Notes: generated from the letters alone by a model not told the origin. A stretch of DNA of 64,000 nucleotides from Gammaproteobacteria bacterium (GCA_963662545.2 CAXXLL010000003.1:160001-224000), one strand, 5' to 3'. Shown: positions 29,019 through 39,767, counted from the stretch's first letter. Numbers and translations are program-made.

Positions 29019-31166
29019 TCAAGCCCCAATCGAAGCCATCCCACTCTGATGCCGGCACAATCCAGCGTAATAGCCCCCCTGCTCCACCAACTCCCGATGC
29101 GTTCCCTGCTCCACCAGCCGACCCTTGTCGATCACGAGGATGCGACTGGCGATCCGCACCGACGAAAGCCGATGGGCGATGACAAAAACGGTCCGCCCGT
29201 TGCAGATGTAGCGCATGTTCTGCTGGACGACGACCTCGGATTCGTAGTCGAGCGCGCTGGTCGCCTCGTCGAATAACAGGATCCGGGGATTGGTGATCAA
29301 CGCACGCGCGATCGCGATGCGCTGCCGCTGACCGCCGGACAGGTTCGAGCCGTGCTCGCCCACCAAGGTGTCGTAGCCTTCCGGTAATTCGAGAATGAAA
29401 TCGTGCGCGCCCGCCAGCTTTCCGGCGTGTACGACACGCTCCATGGGTATCGCGGGGTCGGTGAGCGCGATGTTTTCCCGCACCGTCCGGTTAAACAGCA
29501 CGTTTTCCTGCAGCACCACCCCGATGTTCCGCCGCAGCCAGGCCGTGTCGACCATGGCGAGATCGACACCGTCGACGAGCACGCGCCCGCCCTGGGGCAC
29601 GTACAGGCGCTGGACGAGTTTCGTCAGTGTGCTCTTGCCCGAGCCCGAGGGGCCCACAATGCCGATGATCTCGCCGGCTTCCGCATCGAACGAAAGGTCG
29701 GACAAGACCTCAGGGCCGTCGGGCCGATAGCGAAACGTAACGTGATCGAACGCTACGCGCCCCTCTAACTGCGGGAGCGAACCGCGGCTCGGGCTGTGCG
29801 CGGGCTCCGGCTGCGCATTTAGGATGTCGCCGAGGCGCTGCACTGACACGCCGGCTTGCTGAAAATCCTGCCATAGCTGTACGAGCCTCAAGATCGGCCC
29901 AGAGACCCGTGCGGCGAGCATGTTGAAAGCGACGAGCTGCCCGACGGTGATCGCACCCTCTATCACGAGGTGCGCGCCGAGCCACAAGATGCCAAGCACC
30001 ATCACCTTGTTGATGAACGAGGCACTTTGGTTGGCGATGGTCGAGAGCTTGGTCGTTTTGAAGCTGGCCGCAACGTAGGCAGCGAGCCGCTCCTCCCAGC
30101 GCCGCTGCGTGGAAGGCTCGACTGCCGCGGCCTTGAGCGTCTCGATGCCGGACACTGCTTCCACCAGATATGCCTGGTTATCCGCGCCGCGATTGAATTT
30201 TTCGTGTAGCCGCGCCCGTAGCGCCGGCGTGATGGTGAATGCGAGGATCGCGTAAAAGGGTAAGGTCGCCGCAACCACGAGTGTCAGCATGGGGCTGTAG
30301 AGATACATCACGGCGAAAAAGACGACCGTGAATACGGCATCGACCAGCACTGTGATCGAGGAGCCGGTAATAAAATTGCGAATTGTCTCCAGCTCACGCA
30401 CGCGCGCGACGGTATCGCCCACGCGGCGCGCTTCGAAATAGGCAATCGGCAAGCGCAACAAGTGTCGAAACAGATCGGATCCCAACGCCACATCGATGCG
30501 GTTGGTCGTGTGCGCGAGCACATAGGTCCGCAAGCCCCCAAGCACGACTTCGAAGACCGAAACGATTAAAAGGCCGACGCCGAGAATATCCAGTGTCGTC
30601 AGGCCGCGGTGGACCAGTACCTTGTCGATCACGACCTGGAAAAAGAGCGGCGTGACCAGCGCGAACAACTGCAAGAAGAACGAGGCGATTAGCACCTCGC
30701 CGAGATACTTACGGTACTTGAGGATAAACGGGATAAACCAAGAGAAATCGAAGCGGCTGAAACGCGCACTGAGGATAGCGCGGCGCGTTAAGAGGATGAG
30801 CTCGCCACTCCACTCGGCCTCGAAGGCGTCACGGCTCAGCGTTTCAGGAGCGTTGCCATCGGCGCGTTTGATCAGGACCTGATCGTCGCGGACACCGGCC
30901 AAAATGACGAAGTCAGTCTCGCCGAGCCTCGCGATCGCAGGCATCGGTGTCTCGCTAAGCCGACTCCAGCTCGACGCCACCTTGCGAGCCTTGAGCCCGA
31001 GCCATTTCGCGGCACGCAGGAGATCGCCCGTGTCGAACGGGCGATCTGAGGTGCCGAATTCGTGCTGAATCTGCGCTAGGTCCGCCGGCAACTGATGGAG
31101 ACGCGCGACCGTCACCAGGCAGGCCAACCCCGAGTCGAGCACGGTTCGCCCTACCGGCGAGAACAT
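29019..31166 (-). CDS. hlyB: Type I secretion ABC transporter with C39-like domain
   Basis: DSGLACL (no catalytic Cys), LVTPLFFQVVIDKVLVHRG, GPSGSGKSTLTKL, LSGGQRQR and FDEATSALD; RBS GGAGGA. Confidence 0.95.
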   Translation of the reverse strand: MFSPVGRTVLDSGLACLVTVARLHQLPADLAQIQHEFGTSDRPFDTGDLLRAAKWLGLKARKVASSWSRLSETPMPAIARLGETDFVILAGVRDDQVLIKRADGNAPETLSRDAFEAEWSGELILLTRRAILSARFSRFDFSWFIPFILKYRKYLGEVLIASFFLQLFALVTPLFFQVVIDKVLVHRGLTTLDILGVGLLIVSVFEVVLGGLRTYVLAHTTNRIDVALGSDLFRHLLRLPIAYFEARRVGDTVARVRELETIRNFITGSSITVLVDAVFTVVFFAVMYLYSPMLTLVVAATLPFYAILAFTITPALRARLHEKFNRGADNQAYLVEAVSGIETLKAAAVEPSTQRRWEERLAAYVAASFKTTKLSTIANQSASFINKVMVLGILWLGAHLVIEGAITVGQLVAFNMLAARVSGPILRLVQLWQDFQQAGVSVQRLGDILNAQPEPAHSPSRGSLPQLEGRVAFDHVTFRYRPDGPEVLSDLSFDAEAGEIIGIVGPSGSGKSTLTKLVQRLYVPQGGRVLVDGVDLAMVDTAWLRRNIGVVLQENVLFNRTVRENIALTDPAIPMERVVHAGKLAGAHDFILELPEGYDTLVGEHGSNLSGGQRQRIAIARALITNPRILLFDEATSALDYESEVVVQQNMRYICNGRTVFVIAHRLSSVRIASRILVIDKGRLVEQGTHRELVEQGGYYAGLCRHQSGMASIGA

Positions 31167-31408
31167 GGGTAGCGTCCTCCGCGTTGTTTTTGTGATCGAG
31201 CCAAGAGGAATTGTTCCCAAGTGTGCGGTCGCCGTTCAAGCGGAATGTCGCGTTAAAGAAGATTTGGGTCGGTTGCCGGGAATATTTCCTAAAATGGTCT
31301 AAGGTCTACGCCCGAGATATGCTCCGAATAGTGGGTGGGATTGTCATTGTGTAGGTTCACGATCGGCCGTCACGGTGGTCCACCTGTGATCCCACATCGG
31401 AAGTGAAC

Positions 31409-31539
31409 ATGACGCCGAAGATTCAATCCATTGCACTCTGATTTTCTCGGAGGTATGGTGTTCCAGTTGCTACACGTTCGATCGGTGGGACGCCGTCGTG
31501 TACCCTAATCGGGCCGTCCGCAGCGAACCGCTGGACATC
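31409..31539 (+). pseudogene. Degenerate partial duplicate of the downstream small gene
   Basis: Aligns with 31631-31762 but has an early TGA and indels. Confidence 0.8.
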
Positions 31540-31630
31540 ATTAATGGGACCATCAGTAAGGTGGCCGTACCCTTTACGCTGGCTGCAAGAGGCTCGATAA
31601 GGGTACTGACCACTTATTCCTAATTCGAAC

Positions 31631-31921
31631 ATGACATCGAAGATTCGATCCATCGCACTCTGGTTTTTCCTGGCGGTAGGGTGTTCAGGCTGCGACATGT
31701 TCGATCGCTGGGACGCCATCGTGTACCCCAATCGGGCCAACCGCAGCGAGTCGCTCGACATCGGCACCTTCGGTTCGCTCGAGGCCTGCCGGGCGGCAGC
31801 GCTCGCCAAGCTGGAGGAGCTTAATATCCACGCGGAGATCGGCGGCTACGTCTGCGGCAAAAATTGCATGGTCCAGGACGGCTTCAGCAAATTGGGGATG
31901 TGTTCCGAAACCGCGCAGTAA
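31631..31921 (+). CDS. Small Cys-rich putative lipoprotein
   Basis: Lipobox-like LAVGC/SGC; W.A.VYPNR, F.SLEACR.AA and YVCGKNC. Confidence 0.7.
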   Translation: MTSKIRSIALWFFLAVGCSGCDMFDRWDAIVYPNRANRSESLDIGTFGSLEACRAAALAKLEELNIHAEIGGYVCGKNCMVQDGFSKLGMCSETAQ

Positions 31922-31998
31922 ACACAGTCGGTTATCATCTGCCGGATTTTGCGGCGGACAGCGCCGCATTTCGTACCCTACGGCGCCAGCGGGAACCC

Positions 31999-32754
31999 AT
32001 GAACGACTCGACATTCGACCGCGTCATCCGCTTTGAGGGCGCCAAAAACGTACGCGATCTCGGCGGCCTTGCGACCGTTTCCGGTGCCAGCACCCGCTAC
32101 GGCTCGGTCTATCGCAGCGACGGCCTGTCGCGTCTGACCGACGGCGACCTGGAAGTCCTTGCCGACCTCGAGATCCGTTCGATCATCGATCTCCGCTATG
32201 ACGAAGAACGCGAGCGAGCGCCCGATCGCCTACCGACGGATCACTCGATCGAGGTGTTCGTCCGCGGATTTCTCCCAAAGGGCTCCCGCAAGATGTTCGA
32301 CGGCGTGAACAACCGGGGCGCTGATGCCGATACCGCTTTCGAACTCATGCGCAGCAACTACGCCCGCATCCCCTACGAACACGCGACCGAATTCAGGGAC
32401 ATCATGCATTACGTCATTCAACCGGGCGCCGCGCCACACCTCATCCACTGCACGAGCGGTAAGGACCGCACGGGCATCGTTACCGCCTTCATCTTGCTGG
32501 CGGTAGGCGTGTCGGTAGGCGAGGTCGTCGCCGATTACGAATTAAGCAACGGCGAGTGGCAGCCGGTCGACCTGTTCGGGCCAAAAGCCAAACCCGAGGC
32601 GGTCGACATGGTGATGTCCGCACGGCCCGAATACATCCTCGCCGCAATCGAGGCGATCGATCGCCAAAGCGGCTCATTCGATGCTTATCTGCGGGAATCC
32701 CTCGCGTTTGAGACGCACGAGCGCGAGACGCTCAGAAGCTTGATGCTGGATTGA
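31999..32754 (+). CDS. Tyrosine-protein phosphatase (IphP/PtpB-like)
   Basis: NVRDLGG, IIDLR, HCTSGKDRTG P-loop and DYELSN. Confidence 0.92.
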   Translation: MNDSTFDRVIRFEGAKNVRDLGGLATVSGASTRYGSVYRSDGLSRLTDGDLEVLADLEIRSIIDLRYDEERERAPDRLPTDHSIEVFVRGFLPKGSRKMFDGVNNRGADADTAFELMRSNYARIPYEHATEFRDIMHYVIQPGAAPHLIHCTSGKDRTGIVTAFILLAVGVSVGEVVADYELSNGEWQPVDLFGPKAKPEAVDMVMSARPEYILAAIEAIDRQSGSFDAYLRESLAFETHERETLRSLMLD

Positions 32755-32763
32755 CCAACAGTC

Positions 32764-33591
32764 TCAGTTGAGGATGCTTGCCATCCGTCCCCGCCATGTG
32801 TTTACGCGGGCGTCGGATTCGAGCACGTTAAATATGTCGACCAGTGCTCGACGAATCGCGCCGCCGTGCCAATCCCGGTTTTCTGGAAGCAATTCGAGCA
32901 GTGTGTCGACAGATGCGTCGAAATTACCGGCCACGGCGTCGCCGACCGCGCCGACGAACTGCTGACTGACCTCATCGGTCGCAGCGCTGATTTCAGCGGC
33001 GGCATCGACGAGATTGAGACGGGACGCGATGCGGGCGACGACCTGGTCGGCGGCAATGTCGACGGGCAGGCCTGAAATGAGCGACCTCGCATCCTCGATC
33101 CGATCCTCGCCAAGGTATAGCTCTACCAGCCGGGGATGAACGCGATAATCGCCGGGATCGATCGCAAGCGCTTCTTCGAGCGCTTGAATCGCTGCGGAGC
33201 TATCCCCGGACTCGAGTGCAGTGCGCGCCGATTCCAGTAATTCGTCGGTAACTTTGGGAAGGTAAGGCGCGACGAATTTTTCGAGTGCCGATAGCGGTTG
33301 CGCGCCGACCATTTGATCGACCACTTCGCCATCGCGGAACAACATCAAGGTCGGCAAACTGCGGATCCCATAGCGGCTGCCGAGTTCCGGCTCCGTGTCG
33401 GTATCCACCTTGACCACGCTCAGTGAATCCTCCAGATCCCCAGCCAGTTCTTCGACGAGCGGGCTCAGCGAATGGCACGGTCCACACCAGTCCGCCCAGA
33501 AATCGACCAGCACGGGCCGTTCGTGCGAACGCTCGATGACGGCGGACGCAAAGTTGTCGCTGTCCGCGGCCACCACGTGGGAACTTGCCAT
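32764..33591 (-). CDS. cnoX: Thioredoxin-TPR chaperedoxin (YbbN/CnoX)
   Basis: VDFWADWCGPC followed by a helical TPR C-terminus ending RGRMASILN. Confidence 0.85.
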   Translation of the reverse strand: MASSHVVAADSDNFASAVIERSHERPVLVDFWADWCGPCHSLSPLVEELAGDLEDSLSVVKVDTDTEPELGSRYGIRSLPTLMLFRDGEVVDQMVGAQPLSALEKFVAPYLPKVTDELLESARTALESGDSSAAIQALEEALAIDPGDYRVHPRLVELYLGEDRIEDARSLISGLPVDIAADQVVARIASRLNLVDAAAEISAATDEVSQQFVGAVGDAVAGNFDASVDTLLELLPENRDWHGGAIRRALVDIFNVLESDARVNTWRGRMASILN

Positions 33592-33774
33592 AGCCGCCAC
33601 CCCGGGGACATGGTGTCGGACGTAGATTATGGGGCTTAGATTTGGAGATTCAACTACCACGTAAACGACGCCACCGTTCGAGCGCGCTTGCGCGCGAATC
33701 GGCTAAGAAATCGCGCGCAAGCGCGCTCGCACGGTACGCTCGATCTCGTTGGGACCATTTGCCAGCGAATAATA

Positions 33775-35235
33775 TTAGTCCGCTTCGGAGATGAGCCGAT
33801 CGCGCACTTCGCGCCTCAAGATCTTGTTGGCCGCGCTTTTCGGCAGTTCGGGCCACTGCGTGATGTCCTTGGGCCGTTTGTAATTGGCGAGGTGGTCGCG
33901 CACGTGCTGCATCAGCGCATCGGTGTCGAGGCCAGCGCGACCGGCGATCACGGCATGGATGCGATCCCCCCATTTTTCGTCCGGCAGGCCAACGACCGCG
34001 GCTTCCACGACGCCGTCGAAACCCATCAAGACGTCCTCGACCTCGCGCGGGTACACGTTGTAGCCACCCGAGATCAACATATCGTTCTTGCGGTCGACCA
34101 GGAAATAAAAACCGTCGTCGTCACGGTAACCGACGTCGCCAGTGTGCAGCCAGCCGTTGCGAAACACCTTTTCGGTCTGTTCCGGGCGGTTCCAATAGTA
34201 GGCCATCGTTTGCGGACCGCGGCATACAATTTCTCCCACCTGGCCGGCGGCAAGCGGCTGGTCGTCATCATCGAACACGGCGCATTCGACGAACGTGAAC
34301 GGCCGCCCGCACGAGCCTTCGCGATCGTGGTCCTCCGGGCTCAGACAGGTGATCAGCATCGGGCTTTCGGCCTGCCCGTAGCACTGCGCGAAGATACGGC
34401 CGAAACGTCGTTCGGCCCGTTGCAGCAGACTCGGCGCGATCGGTGACGCACCGTAGGCGATCTTTCTCAGGGCGAATTCGGCGTCGTCAAGACTCGGCTG
34501 CTCAAGAATCATCGCGAGCATGGTCGGTACCAGAAACGTATGGCTCGCCCGCTCTTGAGAGGCCAGTTCGATGAACGCCGCGGCGTCGAACTTCTTCATG
34601 ACCAGCGAGCGCACGCCCCGGGACAGGGCTGGCAGGAAAAATGCCCCCGACGCATGCGCGATCGGCGCCGCGTGAAGAAAGGTATCGCCTTGCGCGAGAT
34701 CGGGTACGAGATCGATCAGAAAGCCGGACAGTTCGGCGAGTTCACCCCGCGTCGTCAAGGTGACCGCTTTAGCTTTACCGGTCGTGCCACCGGTAAAGCC
34801 CAGGCGCAGCGGCTGGTCCATTTCACGATCGATCGCGCAGGGTGTCTCGTCCGCGTACTGCAGCATGTCGGCGAATTCGTCGCGTCCGATCGAAATCCCG
34901 ATTTGAATGCCTTCGATGTCGTCGTGGATGACCGCGCGGCTACCGCTGTCTTCGAGTTTGTACTGGTGATTTTCGAGGGTCTCACGCGTATTCATGCCGA
35001 CGCGCACGAGACCGGCCTTGGCCAGCGCGTAATAGGCGATCAGACACTCGATGCTGTTGGGCAGCAGAACGCCCACGCGCTCACCGGGTTCGAGACCGCT
35101 TGCGAGCAGTGCATTGCCGAGGACGTCCGTCAGGCGGTCGAATTCCCTGAAGCTGACGTCGCGCCCTTCTTCGGTTAGGCAGATGGCGTCGCCATAGTAG
35201 AGCGCGGCGCGGCGTATAAGTGAGCCGATTTGCAT
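33775..35235 (-). CDS. AMP-binding acyl-CoA synthetase
   Basis: FTGGTTGKAK, YGQAES, GWLHTGDVG and DRKNDMLISGGYNVYPREVE; likely start MQIGSL. Confidence 0.9.
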   Translation of the reverse strand: MQIGSLIRRAALYYGDAICLTEEGRDVSFREFDRLTDVLGNALLASGLEPGERVGVLLPNSIECLIAYYALAKAGLVRVGMNTRETLENHQYKLEDSGSRAVIHDDIEGIQIGISIGRDEFADMLQYADETPCAIDREMDQPLRLGFTGGTTGKAKAVTLTTRGELAELSGFLIDLVPDLAQGDTFLHAAPIAHASGAFFLPALSRGVRSLVMKKFDAAAFIELASQERASHTFLVPTMLAMILEQPSLDDAEFALRKIAYGASPIAPSLLQRAERRFGRIFAQCYGQAESPMLITCLSPEDHDREGSCGRPFTFVECAVFDDDDQPLAAGQVGEIVCRGPQTMAYYWNRPEQTEKVFRNGWLHTGDVGYRDDDGFYFLVDRKNDMLISGGYNVYPREVEDVLMGFDGVVEAAVVGLPDEKWGDRIHAVIAGRAGLDTDALMQHVRDHLANYKRPKDITQWPELPKSAANKILRREVRDRLISEAD

Positions 35236-35542
35236 GATTTGATGCTCCTGGTGGGCGGTGCCCGTTCGCATCAGGCACATGCATCGAGATGCTTCGCGAT
35301 TATAGCGGGAAGTGGCCAGCCCGGATTTCTCACGACAATCTATTGAGAGGGCGTTTAGATACCGCCTTAATATCGAGGTCCCCTCGAAGCCGGCCGGCAT
35401 GGTCTCAGGCTTTCGGTTGTAGGACAATCGAAAGCCGCCAACGCGATCGGCGGCGTCGGGACGATCACTAACTGAGCGATAGCGACGAACGCATGACGGA
35501 CCGCGTTGTTTCTCCGATCCAGGTCACCAGTGACTCAAAAGA

Positions 35543-36502
35543 ATGGACACCACCACGACTAAACTGATTGCCGGCAGCCTGCGCGACCCGTACTGCGGCT
35601 TCAGCATCGGCTGTCTCGGGGCGCTGGCGGAATTCCAGGACCCCGGCGCTTTTGCGCCGGCGGCCACCGGCAACGGAACACTCGCGGCCTTCAGCGATCG
35701 CGGCGCAATCCGGATCGAACCCGCCGTTGCCGCTTCAGCGGTCGCTTACGAAGCCTTATCCGCGGCGAAAGATGCTTGGCAATGCGGCATCGTGCTCGTG
35801 ACTGCGCCTGACGCCAGATCCGGCCAGGCAAGGGAAGTCTTGACCGAGCTGCCACCGGACGCCGACGCCATTCGCGAATGCGATCGACAAAGTCTGATGT
35901 TCGACCTGGGCGTCGGCATGCCCAACGTCGATTACTGCATCCGCACGGACGATGCAGATTTGATCGCCTTTCTTCGCCATCACACGGGCACGCCCGTGAC
36001 GGAGGACGGACATCCGGTGCTGGAGCGGATCGTCGATGCCAGTCCCCATCGCGTCGCGGTATCCGCGATCGGCCGCATTGAGGTCTACCAGCGCATCGAT
36101 TGGCACAAAACCCCGAGCGGTCCGCATACGCACCTGCTGCCCGACTTGCTGTCGAAACACCGCACACATTCGACGAACATTCCCGTTCCGAAAGGGGCCC
36201 TGCCGCTGCTGACCGTGCACCCCGACAACCCGTTGACGGATGCCGAAGGTCGGCGGAAACCGTTCGCCAGGCGCGCCTTCGATGCCTTCGAAAATATTCT
36301 GAACACCCACGGGGTTCCGTATTACGTGGCAGAAAAGCGCCGGCTACGGGCGGCCGTTGCCAACGGACAAGCCCCCGGTAACTACCACAAACCGGACACC
36401 CGTCTCGGACGCCTCGCGATGCGGATCGCACTGCGCCAGCTGCTGCATCTACCGCCGCAAGGCGCCGACATCGGCGCGTGGATCAAGGTGTTTCGAACGT
36501 GA
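35543..36502 (+). CDS. Conserved-looking hypothetical protein (His-rich motif GPHTHLLP)
   Basis: SIGCLGALAEF, SPHRV and GRIEVYQ.I...TPSGPHTHLLP. Confidence 0.7.
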   Translation: MDTTTTKLIAGSLRDPYCGFSIGCLGALAEFQDPGAFAPAATGNGTLAAFSDRGAIRIEPAVAASAVAYEALSAAKDAWQCGIVLVTAPDARSGQAREVLTELPPDADAIRECDRQSLMFDLGVGMPNVDYCIRTDDADLIAFLRHHTGTPVTEDGHPVLERIVDASPHRVAVSAIGRIEVYQRIDWHKTPSGPHTHLLPDLLSKHRTHSTNIPVPKGALPLLTVHPDNPLTDAEGRRKPFARRAFDAFENILNTHGVPYYVAEKRRLRAAVANGQAPGNYHKPDTRLGRLAMRIALRQLLHLPPQGADIGAWIKVFRT

Positions 36503-36503
36503 C

Positions 36504-37049
36504 ATGAGTCGCCTGACAAGGTTCCGGCTTCTGTGTTGCGCCGTCACGCTGAGCACGGCTTTGGGCGCTGTGACCCTCGCGGCGCAGGAAGATACGGTGC
36601 CGCCCTTCACTTTTGACAAGCCGACCTTTATGTCAGCCGCCCAGGTTTCGAAATCACTCATGGGTTCGACCTATGCATACACCGCACGCGCCTCTGGCAG
36701 GGCGACGCGTCTGCTGATTACCATCATGCGGGTCGACGAGGTTCGTGCGCGGTTCGCGGAAATGTCGGACGTTCAGTGCATCAATTTATTTCTCGAAGAG
36801 ATCCGAAGCGCGCACGAAGGTTTTTTCGTGGTCACCATGGCGCGGCCACTGGCCGTGGGGTCGGTGGAATTTCTCCGTTTTCGGTGGACCGGTGAGAAAT
36901 CCGGTAAAGCGATGACCGGGGTGCTCAGCTGCGGCGAATTGCAGGGCTACTACTACGTCGTACATTTCGTCGACGAGCTGCGCGCCGCAACGCGATCGTT
37001 CCCGGCGATCCGGGCGAGTTTGAAAACCCTCGCGCCGCGCGGCAGCTGA
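36504..37049 (+). CDS. Exported hypothetical protein
   Basis: Signal peptide from MSRLTRF; co-oriented with neighbours. Confidence 0.6.
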   Translation: MSRLTRFRLLCCAVTLSTALGAVTLAAQEDTVPPFTFDKPTFMSAAQVSKSLMGSTYAYTARASGRATRLLITIMRVDEVRARFAEMSDVQCINLFLEEIRSAHEGFFVVTMARPLAVGSVEFLRFRWTGEKSGKAMTGVLSCGELQGYYYVVHFVDELRAATRSFPAIRASLKTLAPRGS

Positions 37050-37060
37050 GACCGAGCGCC

Positions 37061-37795
37061 TTGCCCGGCCGCCAATACCGTTATTACGAATTGTTGATGG
37101 CGGGTTTCGTCACGGTGCTGCTGTGCTCGAATCTGATCGGTACCGCGAAAGTCTGTGAAATCGAGTTGCCCTTCGTGCTGCCCCTGATCGGCGCGAGCCT
37201 GGTCTTCGGCGCGGGGAATATCTTCTTTCCCATCAGCTATATCTTCGGCGACATCTTGACCGAGGTATACGGTTACGCGCGGGCAAGGAAAGTGATCTGG
37301 GCGGGTTTCGGCGCGCTGATATTCGCAGCGGTCATGGCGCAGGTCATCATCCACCTGCCGTCGAGCGCGGCCGAGCCCTTCAACGCCACCCTGCAGCCGG
37401 CCCTCGAGACCGTGTTCGGATCGACCTGGCGCATCGTAATCGCCTCTATCCTCGCGTTCTGGATCGGCGATTTTGTCAATGCCTACGTGATGGCGCGCAT
37501 GAAAATCTGGACCCACGGGCGCTATTTGTGGACGCGGACGATCGGGTCCACGATTCTCGGACAGGGCGTCGACAGCCTGGTGTTTTACCCGATCGCGTTT
37601 TACGGGATCTGGAACACAGAGAATCTGTTTAACGTGCTGATGTTCAATTTCGTCTTCAAGACGACGGTCGAAGCCCTAATGACACCAGCGACTTACGCGG
37701 CCGTTGCCTACCTCAAACGGGCGGAAGGCGAGGATTACTACGACCACAAGACCAATTTCACGCCCTTCTCTCTCGATACTGACTCACGCAATTAA
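37061..37795 (+). CDS. yhhQ: Queuosine precursor transporter (VUT family)
   Basis: FFPISYIFGDILTEVYGYARAR and RTIGSTILGQGVDS. Confidence 0.9.
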   Translation: MPGRQYRYYELLMAGFVTVLLCSNLIGTAKVCEIELPFVLPLIGASLVFGAGNIFFPISYIFGDILTEVYGYARARKVIWAGFGALIFAAVMAQVIIHLPSSAAEPFNATLQPALETVFGSTWRIVIASILAFWIGDFVNAYVMARMKIWTHGRYLWTRTIGSTILGQGVDSLVFYPIAFYGIWNTENLFNVLMFNFVFKTTVEALMTPATYAAVAYLKRAEGEDYYDHKTNFTPFSLDTDSRN

Positions 37796-37799
37796 TGAA

Positions 37800-38867
37800 T
37801 CAGGGGGGGGCCAGATCCGCCGTCGACAAACGCGTGAGGCTTCTGAGCCAACGGATCCCGAGTATCAACAGGCCGGCGATCGTCACCGAGCCGAACAAAA
37901 CGACCTGAATGGCCGTGGAGGTGACGATGCCGGCGGAGCTGCTGAATCCAAACGCCGTCATGGCAATGACGAACACGAGCTGATAGGTGCCGAGGTAACC
38001 GGGCGCGGTCGGCACGAGGGTGCTCAGCGAGGCCGCCCCCATGATTATCAAGGCATGGGAGATATCGAGCTGCACGCCGAACGCCTTGAACGCTTGGGAA
38101 AGTGCAAGCACCTCGAAAAACCATATCCCGATCGTGAGGACGGCGGCCAGCACGGCGGAATTGCGATTGAGCGTCGTCAAGCCGCGGCGAAAATCGGCGA
38201 ACACGACCAGCATCGGCGACGGCAGCTTGAATTTGCCGAGATTGCCGGAACGCACGATGAAGATGCCGAGCATGGTGAGGCCGATCACCGCTCCGGCATT
38301 CAGCGCGATCAGTTCGAAGGTGGGCAGACGGCCAGCATCGTCGATGACCCGAAACATCAATAGACCGATGACGAGGCAACTCAGGATCGCCACAAGATCA
38401 AGAAACCGTTCGATGACGATCGATCCGAAAACGCGCGCGCGGCCGATTTGCAGGCGGCGCTTGGCATAGGCGGCGCGCACAACTTCTCCCAGGCGGGCTG
38501 GTAGCACGTTGTTGACCGCATAGCCCACGATCAGGGTCTCCATTACCGGCAGCAGCGGAGCGGTTGCGATCTGCTTCAGAAGCAACTGCCAGCGAAACAC
38601 CCGGATCATGATGGCGACCCAGTACAACACCGCGGCAGACGCAATGACGGAAGGATCGAGCGAGGACGCGACCGTCTCCACCTCCGAGAAGTCGACGTTA
38701 CGCAGTGCGAGCCATAGAAACCCGGCGCCGATCGAAAGACCGAGCACCGCCATCAGGACGTTTTTGAAGGCCCTGCGAGAATTGCGGAAGATGGGGTCGG
38801 CGTCTAATAGAGCCCGTTCGCGCCGACTCTCAGCTGACCGGCGTTCTTCAATCGCATCCGGGAGCAT
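37800..38867 (-). CDS. Lysylphosphatidylglycerol-synthase TM / flippase-like membrane protein
   Basis: RW..LL, NNVLPARLGEVVRA, ER.LD and PTAPGYLGTYQ. Confidence 0.85.
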   Translation of the reverse strand: MLPDAIEERRSAESRRERALLDADPIFRNSRRAFKNVLMAVLGLSIGAGFLWLALRNVDFSEVETVASSLDPSVIASAAVLYWVAIMIRVFRWQLLLKQIATAPLLPVMETLIVGYAVNNVLPARLGEVVRAAYAKRRLQIGRARVFGSIVIERFLDLVAILSCLVIGLLMFRVIDDAGRLPTFELIALNAGAVIGLTMLGIFIVRSGNLGKFKLPSPMLVVFADFRRGLTTLNRNSAVLAAVLTIGIWFFEVLALSQAFKAFGVQLDISHALIIMGAASLSTLVPTAPGYLGTYQLVFVIAMTAFGFSSSAGIVTSTAIQVVLFGSVTIAGLLILGIRWLRSLTRLSTADLAPP

Positions 38868-38870
38868 CGG

Positions 38871-39638
38871 TCAGGGATTCACGCGAAATTTGAACAAATA
38901 CCAGAGGGCTTTGACTCCGTCTTTCCAATCGATCTTCTTACCCTCGTCATAGGTACGCCCGTAATACGAAATACCCATTTCGTAGATGCGCCACTTGCGC
39001 GCCAGTGCGACCTGGGCGCTGAACTGCACTTCGAAACCAAAATCGTTGGCCGTGATCCGCAGCGATTCCAGGACCTCGCGCGTGAACATCTTGTAACACA
39101 CCTCGATGTCCGTCAGCTGCTGATTGTAGAGTGCGTTGAAGATAAAGGAGATGAGCCGGTTAGCCATGAAATGATGAAAATACAGGGCGCGGTGCGGCCT
39201 GCCAAAAAAACGAGAGCCGTAGACGACGTCGGCCACTTCGCGCTCCACGATGAGTGCGTACATTTCCGCCCAGTCCGCAGGGTCGTATTCGAGATCCGCA
39301 TCCTGGATGATGATGACCTCGCCGGTGGCGGCCGCAAGTCCGGTCTGCAATGCCCCGCCCTTGCCCTTATTGGTCTCGTGATACAACACGCGAATATTGA
39401 ACGCCGCGTCTCCCGCGACCTGCGTGATATGACCGTCCTCGTCGACCTCGAGCGCGCCGTCGCGGCATGCGATGCCGTCGACTCCCTCGCCCAGCCATTC
39501 GCGGGTGCCGTCGCTGGAACAATCATCGACAATGATGATCTCCTTTTCGACCTGGGGAATGGCGCCCGCAACTTTCACGAGACACGGACCGATCGTGTGC
39601 CGCTCGTTGTACGCTGGAATGATGACGCTGAGTTTCAT
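38871..39638 (-). CDS. GT2 polyprenol-phosphate glycosyltransferase (DPM1-like)
   Basis: IIPAYNE, DDCSSDGT, NKGKGGA, QDADLEYDP, YGSRF and GKKIDWKDG. Confidence 0.92.
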   Translation of the reverse strand: MKLSVIIPAYNERHTIGPCLVKVAGAIPQVEKEIIIVDDCSSDGTREWLGEGVDGIACRDGALEVDEDGHITQVAGDAAFNIRVLYHETNKGKGGALQTGLAAATGEVIIIQDADLEYDPADWAEMYALIVEREVADVVYGSRFFGRPHRALYFHHFMANRLISFIFNALYNQQLTDIEVCYKMFTREVLESLRITANDFGFEVQFSAQVALARKWRIYEMGISYYGRTYDEGKKIDWKDGVKALWYLFKFRVNP

Positions 39639-39738
39639 TGTCGGATCGTTACCTCTTTCTCATTCTTCTGGATCGACCGCCGAGCGTCAACGCGCCGCGG
39701 CCCCGACGACATCGCGTCTGGCGTCGAATGCCGGTGCG

Positions 39739-39767
39739 AAAAAAAAGGGCAGCGGTTGGCTGCCCTT
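39739..39767 (-). terminator. Intrinsic terminator after amtB
   Basis: Minus strand reads aagggcagc-caacc-gctgccc followed by T8. Confidence 0.8.

Noticed and set aside
27050-31400. Complete tripartite T1SS in this locus
   Set aside because: No TolC-like gene is present; it is commonly encoded elsewhere, so its absence is unremarkable
37030-37061. preQ1 riboswitch before yhhQ
   Set aside because: Only an 11-bp intergenic gap and no aptamer motif
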